A stretch of 64,000 bases of DNA from Nitrospiraceae bacterium (GCA_002726235.1 PBSN01000008.1:66088-130087); one strand, 5' to 3'. Shown: positions 11,274-21,402, numbered from the stretch's first letter. The notes: a model not told the origin generated them from the sequence alone. A program made the numbers and translations.

Positions 11274-11966
11274 TCACATCAACCGTGTTAGGCCCTTTTC
11301 ATTCAAAATAGTAATTTGCCGTCTCTCCATGGCGATCAGTCCAGCTTGCCGAAACTGTCCAAGCGTGAGGCTTACCGTCTCACGGGTTGTCCCGATAAGG
11401 TTGGCAAGTTCCTGATGTGTCATCTTTGTTTGAATGGCGCAACCGTCCGTGCCTTCTCTGCCAAGTGAGTTTGCGAGATTAAGCAGAAGATGTGCCAAGC
11501 GGGCTGGCGCATCTCGGAATACGAGATCTTCGATGCGGTTTTCGATCTGCTTCATTCGAAGGCCAATCAGTTTGGTAAGCTTGAAGCTGCATTGCGGCCG
11601 GCTTTTCAGAAGCCGCTCGAAGTCTTCTCGGCGAAGCATGCATATGCTAGCATCGTCAAGCGCCTCCGCAATTGTATCTCGAGGCGTCTCTTCGAGCACC
11701 TCAAGCTCGCCAAAAATCTCACCTGCCTCAAGAATGGCCAGTGTGAGTTCCTTTCCATCGTCGCCGATTTTGGAAATTTTAACCCGCCCTGATTTTAGCA
11801 GATAGACAAAATCGCCAGGATCGCCAGGAAGGTAGATTGGTTGTTTCTTTTTAAAGGCTTCCATACGGGTCATTTTCTCCATCTCATCCATTTCTGAATC
11901 GTTGAGATCAGAGAACAATTTGACCTGTTTGAGGTACCAGAGCTTGCTCTTAGCAGGGGATTCCAT
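11274..11966 (-). CDS. Crp/Fnr family transcriptional regulator
   Basis: cNMP-binding domain (GEIFGE) plus HTH THQELANLIGTTRETVS. Confidence 0.93.
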   Translation of the reverse strand: MESPAKSKLWYLKQVKLFSDLNDSEMDEMEKMTRMEAFKKKQPIYLPGDPGDFVYLLKSGRVKISKIGDDGKELTLAILEAGEIFGELEVLEETPRDTIAEALDDASICMLRREDFERLLKSRPQCSFKLTKLIGLRMKQIENRIEDLVFRDAPARLAHLLLNLANSLGREGTDGCAIQTKMTHQELANLIGTTRETVSLTLGQFRQAGLIAMERRQITILNEKGLTRLM

Positions 11967-12318
11967 AGCCTTGAGTTTAGGGCTCGTTACGAGATAACAC
12001 GGAGAAATTAGTCAAGACGACTGCAGAGCGAGTCAAGGAGTGAAGAGGACTCACATCAAAAGTTTGAAAGCGATGAGCGACGGAGCAAGATCCTAAAATC
12101 GCTTGGCTCCCTCGGAAGGAGATCTTTATTTTGTGGTATTGTTGCTCGACAGTCACGGAATACCGCTATGCGCTTTCGTCGTGCCCAACCTCAGTCCACG
12201 CTACCGCGTGCAGGGTCACAGAGAAACTGCCCACCCATCGTGCGGCAGGAGTATACAAGAAGCAATGTTAAGAAGCAATATTTGCATTCAAGCAAATCAG
12301 ATAGTGTGGAGGGGAAGG

Positions 12319-15300
12319 CTATCGTGTGTTTTCGAGGGCTGCAGATAGGAGGATGGTGATTCCTGGTTCCGCCATGGTAGTTCCATAAAGTTTATCGGCA
12401 GCAGTCATGGTCTGTTTGTTATGCGTGATAATTAGAAACTGAGCGGAGGATGATACCTCTTGAAGGAGTCGAATAAATCGCGCGATGTTCTCGTCATCTA
12501 GTGGTGCATCGGTTTCGTCCAACACACAGAGTGGTGTCGGACGCATCAAGTAACTTGCGAGAATCAGCGCAAAGGCAGTGAGGGCCTTTTCCCCTCCCGA
12601 AAGTACTGAGAGTTGTTTCAGGCGTTTTCCTGGGGGTTGAGCGACAATGTCGACTCCCGCGGTGATGGGATCTGGGTTGTCGAGAACAAGGTCAGCCATG
12701 CCACCCTCGAAAAGACGTCTGAAGAGATCGTTAAAGGTTTTTCGAAGTGTTTGAAAGGTTTCTTGAAAGAGCTGGCTCGTAGTGTCATTCAATCGAGTCA
12801 TGATATCTTCGAGTGAGGCGATAGACTGAAGAAGATCATTCTCTTCGGTAGTTAGAAAAGATAAACGTTCGTCGAGTGCTTGTGACTCTTCGGCTGCAGC
12901 GAGATTGATAGGGCCGAGACGGTCACGCCGTTGTCGTTGTTGGGAAAGGATGGCGCGCGTTTGCTCGGCATCGATACGAACGTCTCCAAGTTGTTCCTGT
13001 AAGACTTCCATCGTTGAAATTTCATAGGTCTCGGAGAGTAAGGTTGCAATATGTTCAAGGCTGGTGGTGTGTTCTGCACGACTCACAGCAAACTCGCTGT
13101 GTTTCTGGCGAATCTCTTCCAGGGCCGTTTGGGTATTCGTGTGTGCGATGTTGTGTGTTCGCGTGAGTGCTGTCATTTGGTCTAGGTTGGCTTGTGCGGC
13201 TGCCACAGCGGTATCTTGGGATGCTACCTCTGTATTCAATGCATGAATCGATTTTTCAAGTTGAACAACATCGGCTTGTGCTGAGCGCCATTGCTCGGTC
13301 ATATGACAATGTTCGCGTTCGAGTTGTGCCTTTTTCTCCTTGCGATCGAGTGTTGCCTGTTCTAGGTTTGCCAATTCCAATTGTAGCCCATCGCGTCGTG
13401 AGAGGAACATCTGTTGCGTAAGTCGCGTGTTGTTTACTTGTTCAAGGTTGGTCTGAAGGGTCTCTTCGCTTGCCACGCCTTCTTGCTGGCGTTGGGTGAG
13501 GAGCTGGTCAATGGCCTGGCGGTTTTTCGTGAGTGTCTCTTTGCGTCTGTGTGTATCGGTGAGTTCTTGGTCGATAGATGCTAATGCGTGTCGATTTGTT
13601 CCGATGGACTGTGTAAGTCGTTGGTGATCTGCTTGGAACCGATGCAGCTCGTGATCAGTCCGTTCTTTATCCTTTTGAAGATTCACTAGTTGGATCTCTT
13701 CCGCTCTGGCGTTTGCTTCATGTTCCCGTTGTTGACGTGTATGTTTCTGAATTTGCTCGGCAAGCTCTTCTCGCTGATTTCGTGCCGCTGTAGCGTGCAT
13801 GCGTGCATCGGTAAGCTGTGTCTCGATTTCTTTGACCTCACGCTGGCGTTGCAGAAGGCCCATCGCTGAGAGGACTGAGCCCACACCGACGATCCCTCCA
13901 GCGTCAACATATTCTCCGGCGAGAGTAACAAAAAGCATTGGGTGAGAGGGATTATCGTGGGGATGATTGCCATTGTATTCCCACAGTTTGAGCGCATGGC
14001 TAAGGTCCTCAACAATCATCACGCGATCCAGCAAATAGTCGATGACTTGGCTGAACTCCAGTGTAGTGCTTACCACGTCTCTGGCGATGGCAATGATTCC
14101 AGGCAGTGTGATAGCAGGGTCGTTTCCGTTGGTGTGGAGACGTGGGTAAAGAGGGATAAAGGTTCCCAGAGATAGCCCTTGGGTGCGGAGTAAGTTAATT
14201 GCTTCTTGTGCTTGGAGGTGTCCGTCGACAACAACACCACGAAGCCGTTCACCCAAAGCGACTTCGATCGCGCGCTCGTATTGCGGTGGAACCTGAAGAA
14301 TCTCCGCAATAGCACCTTGAATGCCTGTGCCGGAAAGTTTTGGCCCTTGTTCGCCATATGATGACCATTGTTCTGCTAGGACCCCCTGAAGTGCAGAGCG
14401 GCGAGACTGGAGCGCTGTGGCGTGTTCGTTGGTAGTTCGCTCTTCACCTGTGAGGCGTGTATGCGATTCATGGAGTGTCTGAAGCATGGAAGCGTGCTCA
14501 TGTGCGCTTGCTTGCTGCTGTTTCCACTGTTGTTCCACCTCTGATATTTGTGCGACAAGATCATGTTGTCGTTTGGTCGCATGTGCGATGGTGTGGGTTA
14601 ATGCCTCATGCTCCTTTGTGTCGTGCTCTTGTCTGATGATGCACTCTTGTTGTCGTGCTTCCATTGCACTGATGGATTGTGCCTCGGTGCTCTCCGTGGT
14701 GATGTTTTCCGTCACCTTTGCGTGTAGTTGCTCGATCTCTGCATAAATCATGCGTTGGTGCTCTTGTGCATGGTTCAAGTCTGACTCTTGGGACGTGAGC
14801 ATCACCTCTGTTGCCTCTACGTCATGCTGTACGTCATCCAGTGTGTCCTGACAGGTGTGTCGTCGCACGTCGTCGTTGTGATCGTCGTTCTCGATTTGAG
14901 TGAGTGACGTTGTGGCTTTCTGTAGTTGTGCTTGGCACATTGATGTCAGTGTGCGTTGACGTTCTAACGCTTCTAATGTGCGTTCAAGGCGAATTTTTGA
15001 GGCAGTTGCGGCGTCTTTTGCTCGTGAAAGTTGTGCGGTGCCTTTAGCCTCACGATTTTGGGCATGTTCACGATCAGTGTCGATATTTGAGAGTCTGGCG
15101 CGTAGCTTAACATCCTGCTCCTCTGCTAGGGCCAACTGGGTTTCGATGGTGTCTAAATTATCACGGTGGCTGTCATGGTCATGCTTCAAGAGAGAGAGCT
15201 CAAGAGTGCGTATTTCATCGTGAACTGTTTTGTACGTTTTTGCGGCGCGGGTCTGTCGCTTCAAGGTTCCTTGTTGGCGTTGGAGTTCGCCGATTAGATC

Positions 15301-15861
15301 GCGAAGTCGAAGGAGATTGCCTCGACTAGCCTCGATTTTCTGCATTGTCGCGGTACGCTGTTTCTTGTAGCGCATAGTGCCAGCCGCTTCCTCAATCATC
15401 GTGCGACGTTCCTGAGCAGAGCTTTGTAGGAGTGAGTCTAATTTACCTTGTTCGATGACAGTACACCCTTTAGAACTTGCACCGAGGTCAAAAAACAGGT
15501 CACGGACATCGCGCAGGCGGCATGGCTTTTTGTCGATGGCATACTCGCTTTGGCCGTCACGGAAGAGTCGGCGTGAGATGGTCACGTCCGGTCGACCCTC
15601 AGGCAGGTCAGTTAAGGTAAGGGCGACTTCAGCCATTCCAAGTGGAGGTTTGGAGGCAGCGCCATTAAAAATTGTGTCTTCCATGCGCTCAATCCGAAGG
15701 GATTTCGGGGACTGTTCCCCCAGTGCCCAAAGCACGGCGTCGACAAGATTGCTTTTTCCGGTGCCGTTTGGACCGACAAGAGCGGTGATGCCAAGTCCAA
15801 AGGTGACTGAGGCCTCAACGAAGGATTTGAACCCGATGATATCGAGTTGCTTTAAATGCAT
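12319..15861 (-). CDS. smc: Chromosome segregation protein SMC
   Basis: Walker A GPNGTGKSN, long coiled coils with central hinge, LSGGEK signature, LDETDAPLD Walker B/D-loop. Confidence 0.95.
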   Translation of the reverse strand: MHLKQLDIIGFKSFVEASVTFGLGITALVGPNGTGKSNLVDAVLWALGEQSPKSLRIERMEDTIFNGAASKPPLGMAEVALTLTDLPEGRPDVTISRRLFRDGQSEYAIDKKPCRLRDVRDLFFDLGASSKGCTVIEQGKLDSLLQSSAQERRTMIEEAAGTMRYKKQRTATMQKIEASRGNLLRLRDLIGELQRQQGTLKRQTRAAKTYKTVHDEIRTLELSLLKHDHDSHRDNLDTIETQLALAEEQDVKLRARLSNIDTDREHAQNREAKGTAQLSRAKDAATASKIRLERTLEALERQRTLTSMCQAQLQKATTSLTQIENDDHNDDVRRHTCQDTLDDVQHDVEATEVMLTSQESDLNHAQEHQRMIYAEIEQLHAKVTENITTESTEAQSISAMEARQQECIIRQEHDTKEHEALTHTIAHATKRQHDLVAQISEVEQQWKQQQASAHEHASMLQTLHESHTRLTGEERTTNEHATALQSRRSALQGVLAEQWSSYGEQGPKLSGTGIQGAIAEILQVPPQYERAIEVALGERLRGVVVDGHLQAQEAINLLRTQGLSLGTFIPLYPRLHTNGNDPAITLPGIIAIARDVVSTTLEFSQVIDYLLDRVMIVEDLSHALKLWEYNGNHPHDNPSHPMLFVTLAGEYVDAGGIVGVGSVLSAMGLLQRQREVKEIETQLTDARMHATAARNQREELAEQIQKHTRQQREHEANARAEEIQLVNLQKDKERTDHELHRFQADHQRLTQSIGTNRHALASIDQELTDTHRRKETLTKNRQAIDQLLTQRQQEGVASEETLQTNLEQVNNTRLTQQMFLSRRDGLQLELANLEQATLDRKEKKAQLEREHCHMTEQWRSAQADVVQLEKSIHALNTEVASQDTAVAAAQANLDQMTALTRTHNIAHTNTQTALEEIRQKHSEFAVSRAEHTTSLEHIATLLSETYEISTMEVLQEQLGDVRIDAEQTRAILSQQRQRRDRLGPINLAAAEESQALDERLSFLTTEENDLLQSIASLEDIMTRLNDTTSQLFQETFQTLRKTFNDLFRRLFEGGMADLVLDNPDPITAGVDIVAQPPGKRLKQLSVLSGGEKALTAFALILASYLMRPTPLCVLDETDAPLDDENIARFIRLLQEVSSSAQFLIITHNKQTMTAADKLYGTTMAEPGITILLSAALENTR

Positions 15862-16073
15862 GAAGGCTTCATGTTTGCGTTCTGTGAACGTCCTCGCCGA
15901 GAGTCACTCTCGCAACAATAACATGCATTGAAAGCACTTGCAAAACCGACCTCTGTCTTGTTTGGGGTGCCGCACGTGGGCATTTTGTGGGCAAAATAAA
16001 GAGATTTTAAGCGCTAGCACAAGTGGCCAGAGTATCTCATGTTGCTATGATGGGTCCGAGAAAACTGTAAGAC

Positions 16074-16093
16074 ATATAACGATATCTCTATAT
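16074..16093. promoter_or_regulatory. Candidate ArsR/SmtB operator
   Basis: Imperfect palindrome ATATAACGAT|ATCTCTATAT (8/10 arm match) in an AT-rich promoter-like stretch about 80 bp upstream of arsM. Confidence 0.45.
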
Positions 16094-16172
16094 ATTTTAG
16101 TGTATTATTTGTTGCCGTGCGGCGGGAGTGACATCGCCGTAGACTGCAGAAGATGATGAAGGGGGCGTTACG

Positions 16173-17384
16173 ATGTCAGATGATTTCCTGAGCAAGTCGG
16201 TAATGGAGCTGTATGCTCATGCAGCGCGCAACGGTGAGCAGGTTTGTGTTCCGGATGGATATGACATGGAATTTCTCGCCACATACATTCCTCAATCGGT
16301 GCTGCAAATAGCAATGGGTTGTGGTGTTCCCGTTGGATTGGGAACCGTCCGCCTTGGTGAGACGATTCTTGATGTTGGATCTGGGGGAGGAATCGACTGT
16401 TTTGAAGCTTCTCGGTTAACGGGTAAAGATGGCCTCGTTATTGGCGTCGATATGACTGATGAAATGTTAGAGATTGCGCGTAATTCTGCTGCAACTGTTG
16501 CGACCAATTTGGGGTATCCACAATCGAATGTGGAGTTTCGAAAAGGCAGAGCTGAAAAACTTCCTGTCGATGACCAAACGATTGATCTGATTATCTCGAA
16601 TTGCGTCATTAATTTGGCTCAGGACAAACAAAGGGTGTTTCAAGAGATGTATCGTGCATTGAAAATCGGTGGAAGGTTTACTATCTCTGACGTTGTTGCT
16701 GACACGTCAGTCCCCAACTATTTGCTGAACGATCAAGAGCGGTGGGGTGCGTGTCTTTCAGGTGCTATGTATACCCGTGACTATCTTCGAACGATTCGTG
16801 GTACAGGGTTTGTCGGGGTTCACCAGATTGGCGTGGCGCCGTGGGGAATGATTGATGGCGTGCATTTCTCTGCGCTGACGGTGACGGGTTACAAGGTTGC
16901 CGTTCCGCCTTCCAAACCCTCTAATGAAGAGCAATTTTCAGGGTATGCCGTGCTCAAAGGGCCATTTAAGTGGGTCATTGATGAGTATGATCAGACGTTT
17001 GTTCGGGGCCTCTGGCGCTCGATCGATCAGAAGACGTTGGATTTGTTGCATTTGGATCCGTTTCGACCGTGGTTTCTGTTTTCTAAGGACGTAGTATCGG
17101 GGAAAATGCTAAACGATGACGATCCAGAATTGCTACGAATTATTCCTGAAGATAAGCCGTGTGTGTGGCAGGGACATTTTGCGACAATGACGAGTCTTTT
17201 TGAACGGGCTGAGGACGATGACCATCATCAATTTGAAAGTGGCGTTCCGATCGAAATTTGCTCGAAAACAAATGCTGTGTTGGCGACTCCACAGTACGCG
17301 TCATTTTTTCATATTCTTAACCGTTCGCAACAATCTGTGTCTGGTGAGGCTGTCTCTTGTAGCCCAAACGGAGAGTGCTGCTAG
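16173..17384 (+). CDS. arsM: Arsenite S-adenosylmethionine methyltransferase (AS3MT-like long form)
   Basis: VCVP, MGCGVP, LDVGSGGG, ISNCVINL, WGACLSGA (four ArsM Cys positions) and terminal CC. Confidence 0.82.
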   Translation: MSDDFLSKSVMELYAHAARNGEQVCVPDGYDMEFLATYIPQSVLQIAMGCGVPVGLGTVRLGETILDVGSGGGIDCFEASRLTGKDGLVIGVDMTDEMLEIARNSAATVATNLGYPQSNVEFRKGRAEKLPVDDQTIDLIISNCVINLAQDKQRVFQEMYRALKIGGRFTISDVVADTSVPNYLLNDQERWGACLSGAMYTRDYLRTIRGTGFVGVHQIGVAPWGMIDGVHFSALTVTGYKVAVPPSKPSNEEQFSGYAVLKGPFKWVIDEYDQTFVRGLWRSIDQKTLDLLHLDPFRPWFLFSKDVVSGKMLNDDDPELLRIIPEDKPCVWQGHFATMTSLFERAEDDDHHQFESGVPIEICSKTNAVLATPQYASFFHILNRSQQSVSGEAVSCSPNGECC

Positions 17385-17389
17385 CCATT

Positions 17390-17716
17390 ATGACACGGTC
17401 GGTGAGCGCAAAACCCATACGAAGCTCTAAGGATTGTGCTGGTCTGTTGCGGGCGATGGGGGGTGATACACGTCTCCGAATTCTTCGGTCATTATTCAAT
17501 CGAGAAAAGTGTGTTACCGAGATTGCACATGAACTTGCTTTATCTCAGCCCCATATCTCTCACCACCTTCAAATTTTGAGAAATGCTGGCCTTGTTGAAG
17601 GGCGACGAGATGGCCAACGTATTTGTTACCGGCTCTTTTCTGAAATTGGGGAGGGTCTCACTAATCATGAAAAAAAAGAAATTGATTTCGGGTGTTGTCG
17701 TATCTCTTTTCGATAG
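17390..17716 (+). CDS. arsR: ArsR/SmtB family repressor
   Basis: DTRLRIL...CVTEIA...SQPHISHHLQILRNAGLV HTH; C-terminal GCC. Confidence 0.88.
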   Translation: MTRSVSAKPIRSSKDCAGLLRAMGGDTRLRILRSLFNREKCVTEIAHELALSQPHISHHLQILRNAGLVEGRRDGQRICYRLFSEIGEGLTNHEKKEIDFGCCRISFR

Positions 17717-18584
17717 TTTTCTGATTTTACCCGTAAGANCTGTGTTTTTAACATCCCTATTCGTTGCCGTTTTTCTCAGTGCGGGAGGCTTAATTCCGCA
17801 CAATGTGGATGCGCGACAATCTGTGATAAAAATTGCGGGGTCGTCAACGGTTTTGCCCATTGTGGTACGTGCAGCCGAGGCGTTTTCCGCTCATCATCCT
17901 GATATACGTGTGATGGTAAATCCTGGTGGATCAGGGGTGGGGGTGAAGTCAGTTGGGCATCATCTTGTACACATTGGCATGGTGTCTCGCCGTATTTTAG
18001 ACGAGGAGAAAGCTGTTCTTCCAAAGGCACATCTTCACACTCATGTTATCGGTCGAGATGCGGTGGCCTGTGTAATTTCATCTGAAATCCATGATGCGGG
18101 TGTTACCGTTTTATCGAAGGAGGATATAAGGCAAGTCTACCTCGGTAAAGTAACCAACTGGCGTGAGTTGGGCGGCCCTGATCGCGATATTGTTGCCGTT
18201 GATAAGGAGGCCCATCGTGGGACCCGGCATGTGTTTATGGAATACCTCTTTGGAAAATCGCGNGTGAAAACACCAGGTGTTGATTTGGTCACTGGGTCAA
18301 ACAATGAGCAACACACCAAAATAGCCTTAAGTAATGCAGCCATTGGGATGCTTTCACATGCATGGCTGGATAACGATGTCGTCGGCGTTGGTATTCGCGA
18401 TGGAAACACCATTCTTACTCTCACGAACGATCATGTGAAAAACGGCACTTATCCGATGGTTCGTGACCTCAGTCTGGTGACCGATGGTATACCCAATGGA
18501 CCCGTCAGCAAATTTGTTGCATTTCTGCTCGGCCCGGACGGGCAAAGTATTGTTCGCGAGATGGGGTATGTGCCCGTGCAATGA
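17667..18584 (+). CDS. pstS: Phosphate ABC transporter substrate-binding protein (start uncertain: ATG 17667 or GTG 17742)
   Basis: IAGSSTVLP, GGSGVG, IGMVSR, GKVTNWRELGGPD, YPMVRDL motifs. Confidence 0.88.
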   Translation: MKKKKLISGVVVSLFDSFLILPVRXVFLTSLFVAVFLSAGGLIPHNVDARQSVIKIAGSSTVLPIVVRAAEAFSAHHPDIRVMVNPGGSGVGVKSVGHHLVHIGMVSRRILDEEKAVLPKAHLHTHVIGRDAVACVISSEIHDAGVTVLSKEDIRQVYLGKVTNWRELGGPDRDIVAVDKEAHRGTRHVFMEYLFGKSXVKTPGVDLVTGSNNEQHTKIALSNAAIGMLSHAWLDNDVVGVGIRDGNTILTLTNDHVKNGTYPMVRDLSLVTDGIPNGPVSKFVAFLLGPDGQSIVREMGYVPVQ

Positions 18585-19423
18585 CCCCGTGGCTTCTTGG
18601 CATCGCCTTCCTCATTTCCTCCTCGCTTGCGGGCGTCATACTGATTTTCCTGATTAGTGGCAGTCTTCCCATTTTTGCAGAATACGGCTGGAGCTTCGTT
18701 ACAGGGACGGAGTGGTATGTTGGCGAGACCTATGGGGTGTTGCCGATGCTCTATGGCACCATTGCCGTTACCGGAATTGCGTTGGGTGTCGCATTACCGT
18801 TAGGGCTTGGAACAGCGGTGATGACTTCGGAGGTTGTAGGGAGGCGGACGAGGCGTATCTTGAAATCAGTGATGGAGCTTATGGCTGGAGTTCCAGGTAT
18901 TGTGTACGGTTTGCTTGGAATGGTGTTTGTGGCAACGTGGATTCGCGATCTATTTGGGCTTGTTGATGGGAATTGTCTTCTGACGGCTGGTCTATTGCTT
19001 GGTGTCATGATTCTTCCCACCGTGATGACGCTTTCTGAAGATGCAATTTATGCTGTGCCACGCCTTCATCGAAAGCAAGCTCGTGCTCTTGGTCTTCAGG
19101 AACACGAAGTCATCCTCTATGCGGTATTGCCCCAAGCCATGCCTGGGATTTTGGGGGCTACGTTTTTAGGCATCACTCGGGCAATGGGAGAAACTGTTGC
19201 AGTGATGTTGGTGATTGGGGGCATCGATAAGCTTCCGACTCCTTTGTATAACCTGTTTGNTCCTTCTCAGAGCATTGCGTCAAAAATTGGACGAGAAGCA
19301 GCAGAGGCGATTGGTGTTGGACTCCATTGGAATGCTTTGGTTGCACTTGGGTTGATTCTGTTCGTCATGGTGATAACGTTGACGTGGGCGGCAGAACGGG
19401 TAGGTTGGAAAGGAAGGCTCTAG
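18581..19423 (+). CDS. pstC: Phosphate ABC transporter permease
   Basis: ELMAGVPGIVYG, MILPTV, RAMGETVAV. Confidence 0.9.
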   Translation: MTPWLLGIAFLISSSLAGVILIFLISGSLPIFAEYGWSFVTGTEWYVGETYGVLPMLYGTIAVTGIALGVALPLGLGTAVMTSEVVGRRTRRILKSVMELMAGVPGIVYGLLGMVFVATWIRDLFGLVDGNCLLTAGLLLGVMILPTVMTLSEDAIYAVPRLHRKQARALGLQEHEVILYAVLPQAMPGILGATFLGITRAMGETVAVMLVIGGIDKLPTPLYNLFXPSQSIASKIGREAAEAIGVGLHWNALVALGLILFVMVITLTWAAERVGWKGRL

Positions 19424-19448
19424 TGAGGCCCACCATCTTTGTTGATTT

Positions 19449-20300
19449 ATGATGAGTGTTCGTGGACGAAGTTTGGCCGGGGTGTGCTGGCTTTTCCTCA
19501 CAGGGATCACCACTGTCATCAGTGTCATGCTTCTTGTGAGTGTTGTGACGGTGATGGTGGCAAAAGGGGGAGCGGTGCTGACTTGGGAGTTTCTCTCGCA
19601 GCCATCCCGAGCGTTTGGCGCTGAAGGGGGCATCCGGTCGCAGATTATGGGAACGTTGATTCTGGCCTTGGGGGCTGGTTTGGTCAGTTTGCCAATTGCG
19701 TTGGGGACGGCGCTCTATCAATCGGAATATCTTGCTCTGAGGTTTCAATCTATTGTGATGCGCTTTATTTACGCCTTGAACGGGGTACCGACGATTCTGT
19801 TTGGCCTCTTTGGATATCTGGTGTTCGGCCTCTACCTTGGTTTGGGCATTTCCTGGCTGAGTGGCGTATTGATTTTGGCGATGATGATTCTCCCAACCCT
19901 CGTCGTGAGTATTCGGGAGGCGATCGAGTCGATTCCAAGTCAGTACCGGGAAGCTGGGTTGGCGCTTGGTATGACTTCCCCACAGCTCATCCGAGCGGTG
20001 ATCGTTCCGCACAGTTTTCATGGAACCGTAACTGGATTGTTGCTTGGTCTTGCTCGGGCAGCTGGTGAGACAGCTGCAATTCTCTTCACCGCGACAGCGT
20101 TCTCTGGAGTTGATATGCCCAGATCATTCAATGAACCGGTCACAACCCTGCAGACACATATTTTGGTGCTCTCTCAAGAGGCAGTGAATTCATCAGCGAC
20201 GAGTGCGGTGTGGGGTGCCGCGCTGATGCTCATGGTATTGGTATTTTGTTTCAGTTTAGGTGCTTTCGCGATACGATCGCGTTTTAGGATAGAGGTTTAA
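19449..20300 (+). CDS. pstA: Phosphate ABC transporter permease
   Basis: GVPTILFGLFG, REAGLALG, LARAAGETAAI. Confidence 0.9.
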   Translation: MMSVRGRSLAGVCWLFLTGITTVISVMLLVSVVTVMVAKGGAVLTWEFLSQPSRAFGAEGGIRSQIMGTLILALGAGLVSLPIALGTALYQSEYLALRFQSIVMRFIYALNGVPTILFGLFGYLVFGLYLGLGISWLSGVLILAMMILPTLVVSIREAIESIPSQYREAGLALGMTSPQLIRAVIVPHSFHGTVTGLLLGLARAAGETAAILFTATAFSGVDMPRSFNEPVTTLQTHILVLSQEAVNSSATSAVWGAALMLMVLVFCFSLGAFAIRSRFRIEV

Positions 20301-20303
20301 GAT

Positions 20304-21080
20304 ATGGATCATCCCTCTGATGCCGCATTTTCGCTGGAGGATGTGAATCTGTTTTTTGGGTCGGTTCCCATACTCACCGACGTGAATCTCACGATCCGTC
20401 AAGTGGGGATTACGAGTATTATCGGCCCGTCCGGGAGTGGTAAATCAACCTTGCTTCGGACGCTTAATCGGCTGAATGACCATTATACAACGTTTCGATG
20501 TACAGGATCGATACTGTATTGCGGGAATAGTATCTATGCCAACGGAAATGGGTCAGTGGACGTCCCGCGATTACGACAGGATATTGGGATGGTCTTTCAA
20601 AAACCGTGTCTGTTCCCCACCAGCATTTATGAGAATGTATTGTTCGGCTTAAAGCGGCTGAAACTACGGCCCCGAAGCGAATTCCCAGATATTGTAGAAA
20701 CGACGTTGCGAGCCACATTTCTGTGGGATGAAGTCAAGGATCGATTGAAACGTCCGGCGAACGAGTTATCTCAAGGACAACAACAACGATTGTCGTTGGC
20801 GCGTGCCTTGGCGTGTGAACCCAAGGTGCTTCTGCTTGATGAACCCACCTCGTCATTGGACCCAAAGTCTTCCGAGGCGATAGAAATACTTGTCCGAGAT
20901 CTTGGGACTCGACTGACTGTGATTCTTGTGACGCATCATCTTGAACAGGCCAAGCGATTGTCTGAGACAGTCATTTTTCTCAGTGATGGGTGTGTCTGTG
21001 AATGGGGGGGTGTTGATACAGTATTTTCCTGTNCCGGCAAGGCAATGACGCAACACTACCTTGCTGGACACACCCCATAA
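20304..21080 (+). CDS. pstB: Phosphate ABC transporter ATPase
   Basis: GPSGSGKSTLLRTLNRLND, GMVFQKP, LSQGQQQRL, LLDEPTSSLDP. Confidence 0.92.
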   Translation: MDHPSDAAFSLEDVNLFFGSVPILTDVNLTIRQVGITSIIGPSGSGKSTLLRTLNRLNDHYTTFRCTGSILYCGNSIYANGNGSVDVPRLRQDIGMVFQKPCLFPTSIYENVLFGLKRLKLRPRSEFPDIVETTLRATFLWDEVKDRLKRPANELSQGQQQRLSLARALACEPKVLLLDEPTSSLDPKSSEAIEILVRDLGTRLTVILVTHHLEQAKRLSETVIFLSDGCVCEWGGVDTVFSCXGKAMTQHYLAGHTP

Positions 21081-21150
21081 TATGTGTTAGCGTTCCAGCC
21101 GTTTTTGTGGTGCTATGTCCGTTGCGACAGAGTGTATATCGGTACGTCAT

Positions 21151-21228
21151 GCGCCTGTAGCTCAGCTCGGATAGAGCAATGGCCTCCGAAGCCATGTGTC
21201 GGGGGTTCAAATCCCTCCAGGCGCGCCA
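21151..21228 (+). tRNA. tRNA-Arg(CCG)
   Basis: GCGCCTG acceptor stem, ATGGC-CTCCGAA-GCCAT anticodon arm, GGTTCAAATCC T arm, encoded CCA. Confidence 0.96.
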
Positions 21229-21232
21229 GAGT

Positions 21233-21308
<76 letters not shown>

Positions 21309-21402
21309 TTTATGGCGACTTTTTGCAATCACGTAAATTCTCGCATCGGTTGCTTCTATGCTGATGCTACTTTACGCGACGGGTTAAAAAGGAGGAAGCG
21401 CT

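Noticed and set aside
12039..12055. Crp autoregulatory box AGTGA-N7-TCACA
   Set aside because: Spacer is 7 nt rather than the canonical 6
19427..19436. att-like copy of the tRNA-Lys 3' end (GGCCCACCAT)
   Set aside because: Only 10 bp, upstream of the tRNA, inside the pst operon, and no integrase
19365..20021. Long antisense ORFs (this one and others such as 32881-33519, 41168-41686, 62501-63022)
   Set aside because: Shadows of well-supported genes on the opposite strand
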